Source: a virus. Taken from it: a stretch of DNA of 64,000 bases. How positions within the stretch are numbered: the first letter of the stretch is position 1; each line of letters opens with the position of its first letter. The notes beneath the pieces were generated by a model. The model was not told the origin of the DNA and searched no databases. It saw nothing but the letters and a program-made list of their open reading frames with translations. This document shows positions 29,797 through 38,745 of the stretch, piece by piece. The stretch covers positions 1-64,000 of the IMG/VR virus record IMGVR_UViG_3300028874_000370. One strand, written 5' to 3'. A program made the translations under genes and the position numbers.

Positions 29797-30108
29797 TTAG
29801 TATGAGTGTTGCGGAGTATCGGAAACCATCATGACTTTATCTGAATCCGTCTTCCAAAATTTAATACCATCAAAATCAAATCCTGGTGTCCAGCATAAGC
29901 TCTCAACTAGAATATAATCGCCGACTTTAATTTCGTCATCACAGTCAGGACCAGTTAGGAAAACTTTGCCCCATTTTGGTTCTCGATTGACATCAACGTT
30001 TTTGTTCGTGAGAATGATCCCACTAGCATGGCTTGGAGTGAATCGGCCTTGAGATACTTCTTCTAGAAAAATGAAGATAATATTTTTGCCAAGAGGTCGT
30101 AAATTCAT
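29797..30108 (-). CDS. GroES-like co-chaperonin
   Basis: MNLRPLG..SGIIL..GKV..GP..IKVGD.IL. Confidence 0.85.
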   Translation of the reverse strand: MNLRPLGKNIIFIFLEEVSQGRFTPSHASGIILTNKNVDVNREPKWGKVFLTGPDCDDEIKVGDYILVESLCWTPGFDFDGIKFWKTDSDKVMMVSDTPQHSY

Positions 30109-30137
30109 TAATTACCTATTTGTTATATTGTTATTTT

Positions 30138-30359
30138 TTATTCGTTTGAATTCTCAAATTCATCAGGTGATTCACCCATTGAAATATTGATTGGATCTAA
30201 AAAAGTATCCTTTACTGGACGACCAGCTTCCTTATCATCAATATATTCACGGCGTGCTGAAACAGCTACTGGAGCTGGAGCATTTGCTAATTGCTGGCGA
30301 ATTGCTATCAAATCAAAATTCACTATTCTACCACGTGCACTTCTTGCCATCTTTGCCAT
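30138..30359 (-). CDS. hypothetical protein
   Basis: 73 aa, AGGAG SD, TATAAATA upstream (about 30408-30415). Confidence 0.65.
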   Translation of the reverse strand: MAKMARSARGRIVNFDLIAIRQQLANAPAPVAVSARREYIDDKEAGRPVKDTFLDPINISMGESPDEFENSNE

Positions 30360-30431
30360 CAGTCAATCTCCTATAATTATCGGTTTATGCAACATCAACA
30401 AGTATAGTATTTATAACTGACTTTCAGAATT

Positions 30432-30977
30432 TCATTTAAAAAATTCTTCTAATGGAATTTCATATTTAACAGAGTCAACAGAATGTACTTCCAATAGAAA
30501 TAATATGTATGAAGCACAGCTAGATCCGCGGCCAACGCCCCAAACGACTTTATTTTTCTTGAACATATCGACTACATATATCAAAACACGCAGGACATCT
30601 AGAAGATTTCTATCGGTATATTCTTTTAATTCTTGAGTGATTCGATCATACCGAATTTTTAAATCTTGGCCAGAATACCAAGTTAACTTTGAAACAGTCA
30701 ACGCTAAAATATATTTCTTAACATCTATTTCTAAATATTCCCCGGGAATATTCCAATTAAAATTGATCAGATCAACATCTATTTCATTTTTTAATTGAAT
30801 CTTATTCTTAGCAAGCTTATTATATTTTTGAACATCTTGATTGATTTCGGAAACAGCAATCCGTCTTGGATCGACCCCTTTAAGGAATAGATCCTCCAAT
30901 CTAGAAGGATCTATTTCCACAAAGCCATCGTACCAAAGAATATACTCTCCAAGATCAGTTTTGAACTCGGGATACAT
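30432..30977 (-). CDS. DNA polymerase III alpha-like module, N-terminal piece (GRGS motif)
   Basis: RITQEL..VVWGVGRGSSCASYILFLLEVHSVDSVKYEIPLEEF matches DnaE GRGSaagSlv.y.L.it.vDP.kydL.FERF. Confidence 0.85.
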   Translation of the reverse strand: MYPEFKTDLGEYILWYDGFVEIDPSRLEDLFLKGVDPRRIAVSEINQDVQKYNKLAKNKIQLKNEIDVDLINFNWNIPGEYLEIDVKKYILALTVSKLTWYSGQDLKIRYDRITQELKEYTDRNLLDVLRVLIYVVDMFKKNKVVWGVGRGSSCASYILFLLEVHSVDSVKYEIPLEEFFK

Positions 30978-30986
30978 GTATCTCCT

Positions 30987-31289
30987 TTAAGCCACCAATG
31001 TAATCCGTGGTGACTTCGGTACTGTAGCAGAACCTTGCGTAGTCGGTTCAATCGCCGATTTCTGGAGAATTGTATCCAAATCGAGATGACCATCTGCCTC
31101 GACTGCTTTAGCAGCCAATTTAAACATGACCATCGATGGGATACTGGTGAACGGCCATTCGACTTCAAAATTGATAGGCCATTTTTGGGTACTCAAAAAC
31201 ATCACATACGCCGTCCGATGATCTGGATTGTCAGCATCGAATTTTTCAGTCTGCGGCAAGCGAAGACGCGTCGGACGTGAAATCATTTG
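30987..31289 (-). CDS. hypothetical protein
   Basis: start MISRP with AGGAG SD; promoter TGTACA-17-TACAAT at 31320-31348. Confidence 0.6.
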   Translation of the reverse strand, partial: QMISRPTRLRLPQTEKFDADNPDHRTAYVMFLSTQKWPINFEVEWPFTSIPSMVMFKLAAKAVEADGHLDLDTILQKSAIEPTTQGSATVPKSPRITLVA

Positions 31290-31352
31290 GTAACTCCTAA
31301 AATCATTAATATGAGATGTATTGTATATCAAAAATCAAATGATGTACATATT

Positions 31353-31790
31353 TTAAAGCGGAAGATGTTCGACTTCGATTCCTGCTTTTTCAAGTAACTC
31401 TACACCAGCCAAATCTCGATATGGAGTACCATATTTCACTTTAGTAATCCCGGATTGAATAATAGCTTTAGCACATTGTACACACGGCGAAAGAGTAACA
31501 TACATAGTTGATCCTTCACCACTTTCAGTTGATCTAGCTAACTTACAAATCAAGTTCATTTCAGAATGAATCACATCTGGTTTTGTTACGCCATCTTCAT
31601 CTTCACACGAGTTATCAAAGCCGGATGGTGTGCCATTCCATCCCATAGAAATGATTTGTCCATTTTTTTCTAAAATAGACCCTACTTTATTTCTGTTAGC
31701 ATGAGACATCAATGATACACGTTTAGCTAGATCCATATAAAGTTTATCAAACTTTAGAGTTTTTACTAACGAGTCCTTTTCTAAGTCCAT
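31353..31790 (-). CDS. dCMP deaminase
   Basis: GWNGTPSG, HSEMN, TLSPCVQCAK. Confidence 0.92.
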   Translation of the reverse strand: MDLEKDSLVKTLKFDKLYMDLAKRVSLMSHANRNKVGSILEKNGQIISMGWNGTPSGFDNSCEDEDGVTKPDVIHSEMNLICKLARSTESGEGSTMYVTLSPCVQCAKAIIQSGITKVKYGTPYRDLAGVELLEKAGIEVEHLPL

Positions 31791-31858
31791 TAGGAATTTC
31801 CTCAGATATTATTCTTATTAGGCTGTGACAATATTATACCACAGCCTAAGTACGGAAA

Positions 31859-32296
31859 TCATTTGTTTGTGGCCCAAACCTTTGTGAATTTTTCTGCGAA
31901 TTCTGCTGTGATATGAATCATTTCTGCACAATTTAATTCTTCATGCAATTCATCATAGACTTCTCCACCTTCATCACTATCATCTTTCTCAGCAATTTTC
32001 AATAGATCACGAATCTTAATAGTGGTTTCACGAGTATGTTCATATGTGAATGTTACTTGGTGATAACTTTTGTTTTCATTAATTGTTTTTTCATACAGCT
32101 CATATTGAAAAACGAGTTCTGCTCCAGTCGAGGTTTTGACCGGAAGATCAAACTTTTCAGGAAAGCCTTCACTCTGTACTTTTTCAGCTAGCACATCTAG
32201 TATTTTGGAATCCTTCAACATTCCAGCTTCAAGTGCTTTTGAGATTGTAATTGCTTTATCTTCAGCGATAAATTCTTTGAATACTTTGAATTTCAT
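31859..32296 (-). CDS. hypothetical, probable head internal protein
   Basis: N-terminus MKFKVFKEFIAE resembles the T4 capsid targeting sequence; ATAAATA upstream. Confidence 0.55.
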   Translation of the reverse strand: MKFKVFKEFIAEDKAITISKALEAGMLKDSKILDVLAEKVQSEGFPEKFDLPVKTSTGAELVFQYELYEKTINENKSYHQVTFTYEHTRETTIKIRDLLKIAEKDDSDEGGEVYDELHEELNCAEMIHITAEFAEKFTKVWATNK

Positions 32297-32352
32297 AATA
32301 GTTCCACATAGGGAGAATTGTTATACATATTTATCATTAAGCTAATCTATAT

Positions 32353-32805
32353 TCAATCATTTCTTATTAATGCAAATGCTTTAACTTTTCTGCCAAAAAT
32401 ATGTTTATCTGATATATCATAAGTATACCCAGATACTCTAAAGCGCTTCAGCATTCTAGCGTATAATCGTGCCCTATTATCAGAATCATTTTCCTTTTCG
32501 GCGGTAAATTCTATTAGCTTTGGTTTATATTTTTCAATGAATTCCAATAATGAATCTTTGACCATGGAAAACACTTCTAATTCATTTCCACTCCCAGTAA
32601 TATCATATGTACTACTTTCGCCATCTTCACTTTTCTTAAATTCTTCAAAAGTCACATACCAAAAATTTTCACCTTTCTCATCGTCATGATCAGCTCTAAA
32701 TACAATATCCCTATTCCCAATAGTTGCCCTGGTAAAAAAAGAATAGTGGTTGGCTTTCTCTACAGTGTATTTAACTTTTTTATTTAGTATTTCTTTAAGT
32801 AGCAT
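32353..32805 (-). CDS. tandem paralog 4 of uncharacterised ~150 aa family
   Basis: MLLKEILN..TGSGNELEVFSMVKDS..KYKP..RARLY. Confidence 0.75.
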   Translation of the reverse strand: MLLKEILNKKVKYTVEKANHYSFFTRATIGNRDIVFRADHDDEKGENFWYVTFEEFKKSEDGESSTYDITGSGNELEVFSMVKDSLLEFIEKYKPKLIEFTAEKENDSDNRARLYARMLKRFRVSGYTYDISDKHIFGRKVKAFALIRND

Positions 32806-32810
32806 AATAT

Positions 32811-33248
32811 TCAATCATTTCTTATTAACTTAAACAAACTTACTTTTTCATCTATATTTTTTGGTTGGTGATATGTATATCCTGGTATTTTAAACCTGCT
32901 CATCATACGGTCATACAATTTTGATCTACTATCAGAATCGTTTGATTTTTCGGAAGTAAAATAGATTTCTTTTGGATTGTATAGCTCAATGAATTCTTCA
33001 ATAGATGCTTTGATCATACTGAATACTTCTAGTTCATTACCACTTCCTGTTTTCTTATATGTGCCTTTAGAATGCCTATCATTGGCTTGGTATTCGGTAA
33101 ACTCTACTGCCCATTCATCATCAGTATTGATAGATGCTGTAAATTTTATATCACGACTGCCAATTCTAGCCATTGTCGAGAATGTAGAAGCATTTTGCTT
33201 AACAATATCATAAATCACATTCTTATTTAATATTTCTTTAAGTAGCAT
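32811..33248 (-). CDS. tandem paralog 3
   Basis: MLLKEILN..TGSGNELEVFSMIKAS..RSKLY. Confidence 0.75.
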   Translation of the reverse strand: MLLKEILNKNVIYDIVKQNASTFSTMARIGSRDIKFTASINTDDEWAVEFTEYQANDRHSKGTYKKTGSGNELEVFSMIKASIEEFIELYNPKEIYFTSEKSNDSDSRSKLYDRMMSRFKIPGYTYHQPKNIDEKVSLFKLIRND

Positions 33249-33249
33249 A

Positions 33250-33693
33250 TCAGTCTTTAGTAATAGAAAAGGTTTCTTCATTATCACCAGGCATAATGCC
33301 GCGATGGACAGTATACCCAGGAAGTTTAAAACGATTTATCAATCGTTCATATGTATCAGCTCTAGCTGTTTTTAATTTGCCACTATCACTTTTTGCTTCG
33401 AATGTAATCATCCCAGGATCATGTTTTTCAATAAAAGCAAAAATTGAATCTTTAACAAAAGAGAAAACTTCTAATTGATTCTTATCATTAGTCGGAACAT
33501 ATGAAAGTCTTTGTAGACCAATATCATTCTTTTGCACATCACCAAAAGCGATACCCCATTTTCTACCACCCATTTTCACAGCAGCAAAATTAAATGTTTT
33601 ATTGCCAATTTTAATTTCTGTAAAATATTGTCTATCATTATCTTTAATCACAGAGAATGATGATTTTTTATTTAAGATTTCTTTAATCAACAT
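33250..33693 (-). CDS. tandem paralog 2
   Basis: MLIKEILN..NQLEVFSFVKDS..RADTY. Confidence 0.75.
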   Translation of the reverse strand: MLIKEILNKKSSFSVIKDNDRQYFTEIKIGNKTFNFAAVKMGGRKWGIAFGDVQKNDIGLQRLSYVPTNDKNQLEVFSFVKDSIFAFIEKHDPGMITFEAKSDSGKLKTARADTYERLINRFKLPGYTVHRGIMPGDNEETFSITKD

Positions 33694-34129
33694 CGTTTGG
33701 ATCCTTTTTGATAATGAATACATCTTTGCGACGACCTTTTAGGCGCTCAACATTATATCCAGGAATTTTGAATCTAGCTAATAATTTATCGTACAATTCA
33801 GCTCTAGTATTACGAGGCTTATCGATATCATCTTTCATCGCAGAGAATTCCATCTTCTCAGGTTTATACTTTTCGATGAATGCCAATAATGAATCCTTTA
33901 CCATAGCAAAGACTTCCAATTCTTTACCACTTCCGGTTTGTGTAGAATCTAAATGCCCATCTACTCCACGCTCATGAAAAGAAATATCCCAATACTTTAC
34001 ATCATCAAAATAATCAGCAATGAATTCTATTTGGCGCCCATTTATAGTCGCTATAGTCTCAAATCTAGTTTTATTAGATTGAAGAACTTTAAACTTAGAA
34101 GATGTATTAAGGATTTCTTTAATTAGCAT
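33683..34129 (-). CDS. tandem paralog 1
   Basis: MLIKEILN..TGSGKELEVFAMVKDS..RAELY. Confidence 0.75.
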   Translation of the reverse strand: MLIKEILNTSSKFKVLQSNKTRFETIATINGRQIEFIADYFDDVKYWDISFHERGVDGHLDSTQTGSGKELEVFAMVKDSLLAFIEKYKPEKMEFSAMKDDIDKPRNTRAELYDKLLARFKIPGYNVERLKGRRKDVFIIKKDPNDVD

Positions 34130-34228
34130 TATTTATAATTCTCATTGTTTAACAAGCACAATCTACTATTGTCAGTAAACATTTTCCATTCTATTTTTTT
34201 ATTAAATATTTCACATACTAACATACTA

Positions 34229-34257
34229 AAATACCTCCAAGTTCTGGAGGTATTTAT
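34229..34257 (-). terminator. nrdA terminator overlapping an ATAAATA late-type motif
   Basis: AAATACCTCCA/TGGAGGTATTT inverted repeat. Confidence 0.65.
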
Positions 34258-34281
34258 CTATTTAGTTAGGTTAAATAGCTG

Positions 34282-36498
34282 TTATTGACAAGCTATACAT
34301 TCTTCACCTTTACTACCAGATACACCAGCTTTAGAATAGATGTAATAAAGTGCATGAATCATTTCATCTTCAAAAGCTATTTGATGGATACGTGCAATGT
34401 ATGCTTCATCCGCATCAGCACTAAAGAACAGATTAACCGATTGTCCTTGATCAATAAACCTTTGGCGTTGAGATGCCATTCTGAGAATTGCTTCTTGATT
34501 AATTTCAAAAGCTGTTCTGAATACCATCTTTTCATAATCATCAAGCCAATCAACACCTTGAACAGAACCCTGTGACTCGACTAGTTCTTGCCAATGTTTA
34601 CGATCATAGACCCCTTTCTTCTTCATCAAAGCAAGAAGGATTGGATTAGCACGATCCACTTCACCAGCTGCAGTCAATTGGGTAAAGGTCATTGCTGGAT
34701 CCGGGTTAATCCCTTCCGAAACTCCACCCATGATCAAAGCAGTACTCTTGGTTGGTGCTACAGCCATCGTGTGGGTATTTGCGAACCCGGTACCTTTACA
34801 CCATTCAGGCTCACCGAACACGGTCGCTAGGAACGCAGAGGCGGCTTTAGACTTTTCTTGAATGCCTTTGAATAAGATGTTGTTAAACATCATTGCTTCA
34901 AGACTTTCAAATGGAATCATTTGTGATTGGAGGTATGTATGAAAGCCGCATACTCCTAAACCAAGTGCCATTCCTTTTTCTGTTGCGCGAACTGCTTTTT
35001 CGAGACCTTCAATACCTTTTGCTTTCTTTATGAATTCTAAAGCTACACAATGTAGGAATACAGTGGCTACAAAAACAGCATCCGTATCTTTCCATTCTGG
35101 ATATTTTGAAGCATTCATCGAACTCAACACACATGTAAAGGTGTGGTATGAATCAGAGAATAATTCTATTTCCGAACAATTATGAACTAATACCCCTCTT
35201 GAAGTTAAATGTTTGTCATCTTCAGATCCAGTAATAATGTAAAAAGAATGACTATCATAATTGTCAGCTTCAACAGAAAGATCATAAACATCTTCTATTC
35301 CTGCACTAACAATAGAAATAACACTCAATCCTTTGTACTTCAACATACTATTTTTATATGTTGCAAATGGTTCTAATTCCAGCCCAACACAATATTGTGC
35401 TTCAACCCATTCGCCAGAAACAGTTGCTAATGGGTGATCTGGAGTACACTTAAATGTATCGCCATTTGAAAGAGTGAGCTCGATTATTTCACGGATTCCG
35501 GTTTTGAAAGCCTTTGCTTTTTTAATATCATGTTTCCAATTTGATCCTTCTAGAAGACCTCCACCTCTAATTCCTCTATTTTTAGCTTTTGATTTATTTG
35601 CAGAGTATACTTCAAATTGTACATTTTCTTCAGCCAATTGTTTGATTGAAACAGCATTACGTCCATCAGCCACTGCTACTTTTGTATCACCACTAAAACA
35701 AAGATTTGATGCGGTTACATATAGATTATTATTGATATATGCTTGTGGTCTATATCTATTAACCTTATCGATGAAATGATAATATCCTTTCCCAGTAACC
35801 ATCTTAACTTTCTGGGTCTTTTTAAATCTACGATGATATTCTGGATTACCGTCATTCAATCCTTTAACAAACTCATCGGTAATAGTCCAACCTAGATTTG
35901 CATCATCTGGATTGGATTCAACAAAGTGAATGATTTCATCAAAGTCACCATGAGTTGGTTTGAAGTATGCAGCAAATGATCCACGTCTTGCTGTGCCTTG
36001 TGCGACATCTCGCATATCTTGGATAAAGCCTTTGAATACTGGTAATGGCCCAGATGCGGTTCCACCAACAGATATATCTGAGCCACGGGCACGAATATCA
36101 TTTAGATAACCAGATGTCCCAAATCCATGTTTAGTCAATATAGCTGTTTCGTGGCGGGATTTATAAAATTCATTAATAGAATCGCCGACATATTGACCAG
36201 AACATGATACAGGCATACCGCGATTTGTTCCCATGTTAGCTAGGATTGGGGTTGAACATGAGACCCAGCCTTTCCAGAGAATTTCAAAGAAACGAGCTTC
36301 CCAATCATTACCATCTGGCATATGAGCGGCTGCAGTTTTAGCAATCCGTTGGTATTGTTCTTTTACTGTTTTTGCTTCATACAAGTATTTAGATTTGAAC
36401 ATTTGCCACGATCCAGTTGAAAAAAATTCTGGCATGGTTCCATCTAATTGCATTTGCTTACGTTCAGCACTTAATTCTTCGTATTTATTCTTTGCCAT
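34282..36498 (-). CDS. nrdA: class I ribonucleotide reductase alpha subunit, intein-containing
   Basis: STPILAN, PVSC, SNL-intein-CSEI, VAPTKST, DQGQSVNL, LYY, C-terminal CIACQ. Confidence 0.95.
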   Translation of the reverse strand: MAKNKYEELSAERKQMQLDGTMPEFFSTGSWQMFKSKYLYEAKTVKEQYQRIAKTAAAHMPDGNDWEARFFEILWKGWVSCSTPILANMGTNRGMPVSCSGQYVGDSINEFYKSRHETAILTKHGFGTSGYLNDIRARGSDISVGGTASGPLPVFKGFIQDMRDVAQGTARRGSFAAYFKPTHGDFDEIIHFVESNPDDANLGWTITDEFVKGLNDGNPEYHRRFKKTQKVKMVTGKGYYHFIDKVNRYRPQAYINNNLYVTASNLCFSGDTKVAVADGRNAVSIKQLAEENVQFEVYSANKSKAKNRGIRGGGLLEGSNWKHDIKKAKAFKTGIREIIELTLSNGDTFKCTPDHPLATVSGEWVEAQYCVGLELEPFATYKNSMLKYKGLSVISIVSAGIEDVYDLSVEADNYDSHSFYIITGSEDDKHLTSRGVLVHNCSEIELFSDSYHTFTCVLSSMNASKYPEWKDTDAVFVATVFLHCVALEFIKKAKGIEGLEKAVRATEKGMALGLGVCGFHTYLQSQMIPFESLEAMMFNNILFKGIQEKSKAASAFLATVFGEPEWCKGTGFANTHTMAVAPTKSTALIMGGVSEGINPDPAMTFTQLTAAGEVDRANPILLALMKKKGVYDRKHWQELVESQGSVQGVDWLDDYEKMVFRTAFEINQEAILRMASQRQRFIDQGQSVNLFFSADADEAYIARIHQIAFEDEMIHALYYIYSKAGVSGSKGEECIACQ
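35179..35700 (-). mobile_element. mini-intein (174 aa) at the RNR active-site cysteine
   Basis: starts CFSGDT, block B CTPDHP, block F VYDLSV, ends VLVHN followed by Cys; no LAGLIDADG motifs. Confidence 0.9.
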
Positions 36499-36499
36499 A

Positions 36500-37501
36500 T
36501 TATTTTAATTCCCAGGTAAAACCTTCTTCTTCCCACTCTCTATTATATTGATTGCCAACTCCAGAAAAGAAATCATTGAATGCAAATGAATTCGTGCCAT
36601 CGTAGTACCATTCGGCTATTGGGTTGTACGTGACTTCATAAATCTTTTTATAACCAAGATTGGTTAGACAGATATTGATTCGACTCTGGACGAAGTGTTT
36701 AAGTTGTGTTTCAGTGATGTTTTCGATCTTGCCTTTTTCAAAGAACATTTCTATAATCCGGCATTCATGTTCATAGACTTGTTTAGCAATTTCTACTATG
36801 TTTTTTTCTAAGTTTTGTTCTTGTTCTTCAGTTAGATAAACTTCTGATTTATGAGTTTTGAATAACCAAGCACCAGCTTCAGCGTGGATGTTTTCATCTC
36901 TGTTTGAGAAGTTAACACCACGACAAATGTTGACATTTAGATTTTTACCGTTTGATTGGAAGTGTTTCAGAAAAGCGAATGAGCTATTTAAAACTGCGCC
37001 TTCGATAAATGTAAACCCACCTAAAGAAAGAAGTTCATCTTCATGATTTAAGATACTGTCAATAAATTCCATTCTAGCTTTTAATACAGGATCATTAACA
37101 TATGAATCATAAAATTCATCTGTGGCAATCCCAAGAACTTCATTGATTTTGCTATAGAATGGAGCATGTATATTGAGTTCAAAAAAACTAAAACAATTTG
37201 CCATACGTTGGATATCAGGACGAGGATACCGTTTTGCTATTACGCCGCCCCAATATTCTTGTCCTACAATAAGTTCATATTTGGTAAAGAGTTTTAGAGC
37301 AGTGATAGTAGCATGTTGCTCTGATAGAGTTGTATTGACTTTAAGATCTTGAATATCTTTTTCAACTTTGATTTCCGTCGGTGGCCAGAAAATCGAATTT
37401 TGAAGATCTGCAAATGCAATGGCTTGTGGGTAGTCGATTGTGTAGGAAGTCTTCTTTTGCTTTATGCGCGGAATCTTCCCGTCTTTTGTTGTGTAAATCA
37501 T
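36500..37501 (-). CDS. nrdB: ribonucleotide reductase beta subunit
   Basis: FWPPTE, ELNIHAPFY, IEGAVL.SSF, RDENIH, DFF. Confidence 0.93.
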   Translation of the reverse strand: MIYTTKDGKIPRIKQKKTSYTIDYPQAIAFADLQNSIFWPPTEIKVEKDIQDLKVNTTLSEQHATITALKLFTKYELIVGQEYWGGVIAKRYPRPDIQRMANCFSFFELNIHAPFYSKINEVLGIATDEFYDSYVNDPVLKARMEFIDSILNHEDELLSLGGFTFIEGAVLNSSFAFLKHFQSNGKNLNVNICRGVNFSNRDENIHAEAGAWLFKTHKSEVYLTEEQEQNLEKNIVEIAKQVYEHECRIIEMFFEKGKIENITETQLKHFVQSRINICLTNLGYKKIYEVTYNPIAEWYYDGTNSFAFNDFFSGVGNQYNREWEEEGFTWELK

Positions 37502-37570
37502 TTAATCCCCGAATTTTTATTTTTATTTTGCGGGCCCGATATCCGGGTCATGCCGTGTTACTTTTTTATT

Positions 37571-38146
37571 TTACTGCGATGATACCCAAGCTTGGAGTGC
37601 ATTGACTCGATTTGTCCAACCAGTTAAAAATTTAGCATCACCTGGATTAGAAGCAACAATCGAATTGTAATGAGCTTGGCGTACATTTAGATAGACGATA
37701 CAAAGACCAGGAATATCAGTACATGCAGATAGAGCGGCAAGAGTTGCTGGTCCGATGTTACCATCAGAAACAACACCTAATGCAGATTGCAGAAATTTAG
37801 CAGCTGTTCCAACGCCAAGATTAACCGCAGAATCGAAATGAATCGCACTCAATGGAATAGACATATTAACACATTGTGCCACTGTCCAGTATTGATTGAA
37901 ATAAATATTTTGAGCTTGAGCAAGGGTTAAAGTGCTTACATTAACTGTAGGATTATTATTCTGAGAGATACCAAATTTAGTTGTGCCACCAGAATCACCT
38001 TGGATATTTATATACCCACAAGCATATCGATGCTGTTGAGTATCAATTAATCCTTGGATTACAGCTGGGTCGGTGATATTAAAAAATGGTCCTACTTCTG
38101 ACTGCATTGTTAACATAAATGCAGTAATAAAATCCGTGCTAAACAT
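37571..38146 (-). CDS. glycoside hydrolase family 108 lysozyme (endolysin) with PG-binding C-terminus
   Basis: E..GY..DSGGTTKFGI, FDSAVNLG, DGNIGPATL, KFLTGWTNR. Confidence 0.85.
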   Translation of the reverse strand: MFSTDFITAFMLTMQSEVGPFFNITDPAVIQGLIDTQQHRYACGYINIQGDSGGTTKFGISQNNNPTVNVSTLTLAQAQNIYFNQYWTVAQCVNMSIPLSAIHFDSAVNLGVGTAAKFLQSALGVVSDGNIGPATLAALSACTDIPGLCIVYLNVRQAHYNSIVASNPGDAKFLTGWTNRVNALQAWVSSQ

Positions 38147-38156
38147 TATACACACT

Positions 38157-38214
38157 CTCCAATTGCGGCTCATTCCTGACCAAAGTATTTATAGTCAGGA
38201 ATGAGATTTTGGAG
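38157..38214 (-). promoter_or_regulatory. late promoter inside an SD-sequestering hairpin
   Basis: CTCCAA..CTCATTCCTGAC-TATAAATActttg-GTCAGGAATGAG..TTGGAG. Confidence 0.7.
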
Positions 38215-38224
38215 TTTAATGCGA

Positions 38225-38740
38225 TTAATAAAGTAGTTCAGCAGCACTCATATCTTTGAGATATTTTGAATAAAGATCATGCGGGCCAATCATCACACAT
38301 AGAATATTTTCGATATCATCACGCCTAACTTCGGGGCCTATTGGGTGACACATCATTGTTCCTTTAGCGACCATTGGATGATAACATGAATACACTGGAT
38401 GTAAATCAACAACACGAATTTCACCCTTTCGGATTTTAGAATCATGTGCAGACATCAATAAAACTTTATGGCTACCAGTAGCACAATTTGAAATAGGAAC
38501 AGTATCAATCGTAGTTGTCTCATCATCAACAACCAAAATATTCCAAGATGCAGGGATTATGAAAGTAAACCCTTCTACCATAACTTCAATAGAAGGACCT
38601 TTTGTTTCCTCAATATATGGGATAGTTGAAAGTTTAAAATCTTTCATTGATCCTGAAAGAACCCAATGGTGTCGAGTCACCAAAGGTGTATCCAATGAAT
38701 CCACGATAAGTGGGCGGGCGTAATCGGTGAAAATCAACAT
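38225..38740 (-). CDS. hypothetical protein
   Basis: 171 aa ORF. Confidence 0.7.
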   Translation of the reverse strand: MLIFTDYARPLIVDSLDTPLVTRHHWVLSGSMKDFKLSTIPYIEETKGPSIEVMVEGFTFIIPASWNILVVDDETTTIDTVPISNCATGSHKVLLMSAHDSKIRKGEIRVVDLHPVYSCYHPMVAKGTMMCHPIGPEVRRDDIENILCVMIGPHDLYSKYLKDMSAAELLY

Positions 38741-38745
38741 CAGGT

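Noticed and set aside
34282-36498. Homing endonuclease within nrdA
   Set aside because: The insertion is only 174 aa and has splicing blocks but no LAGLIDADG or HNH motifs
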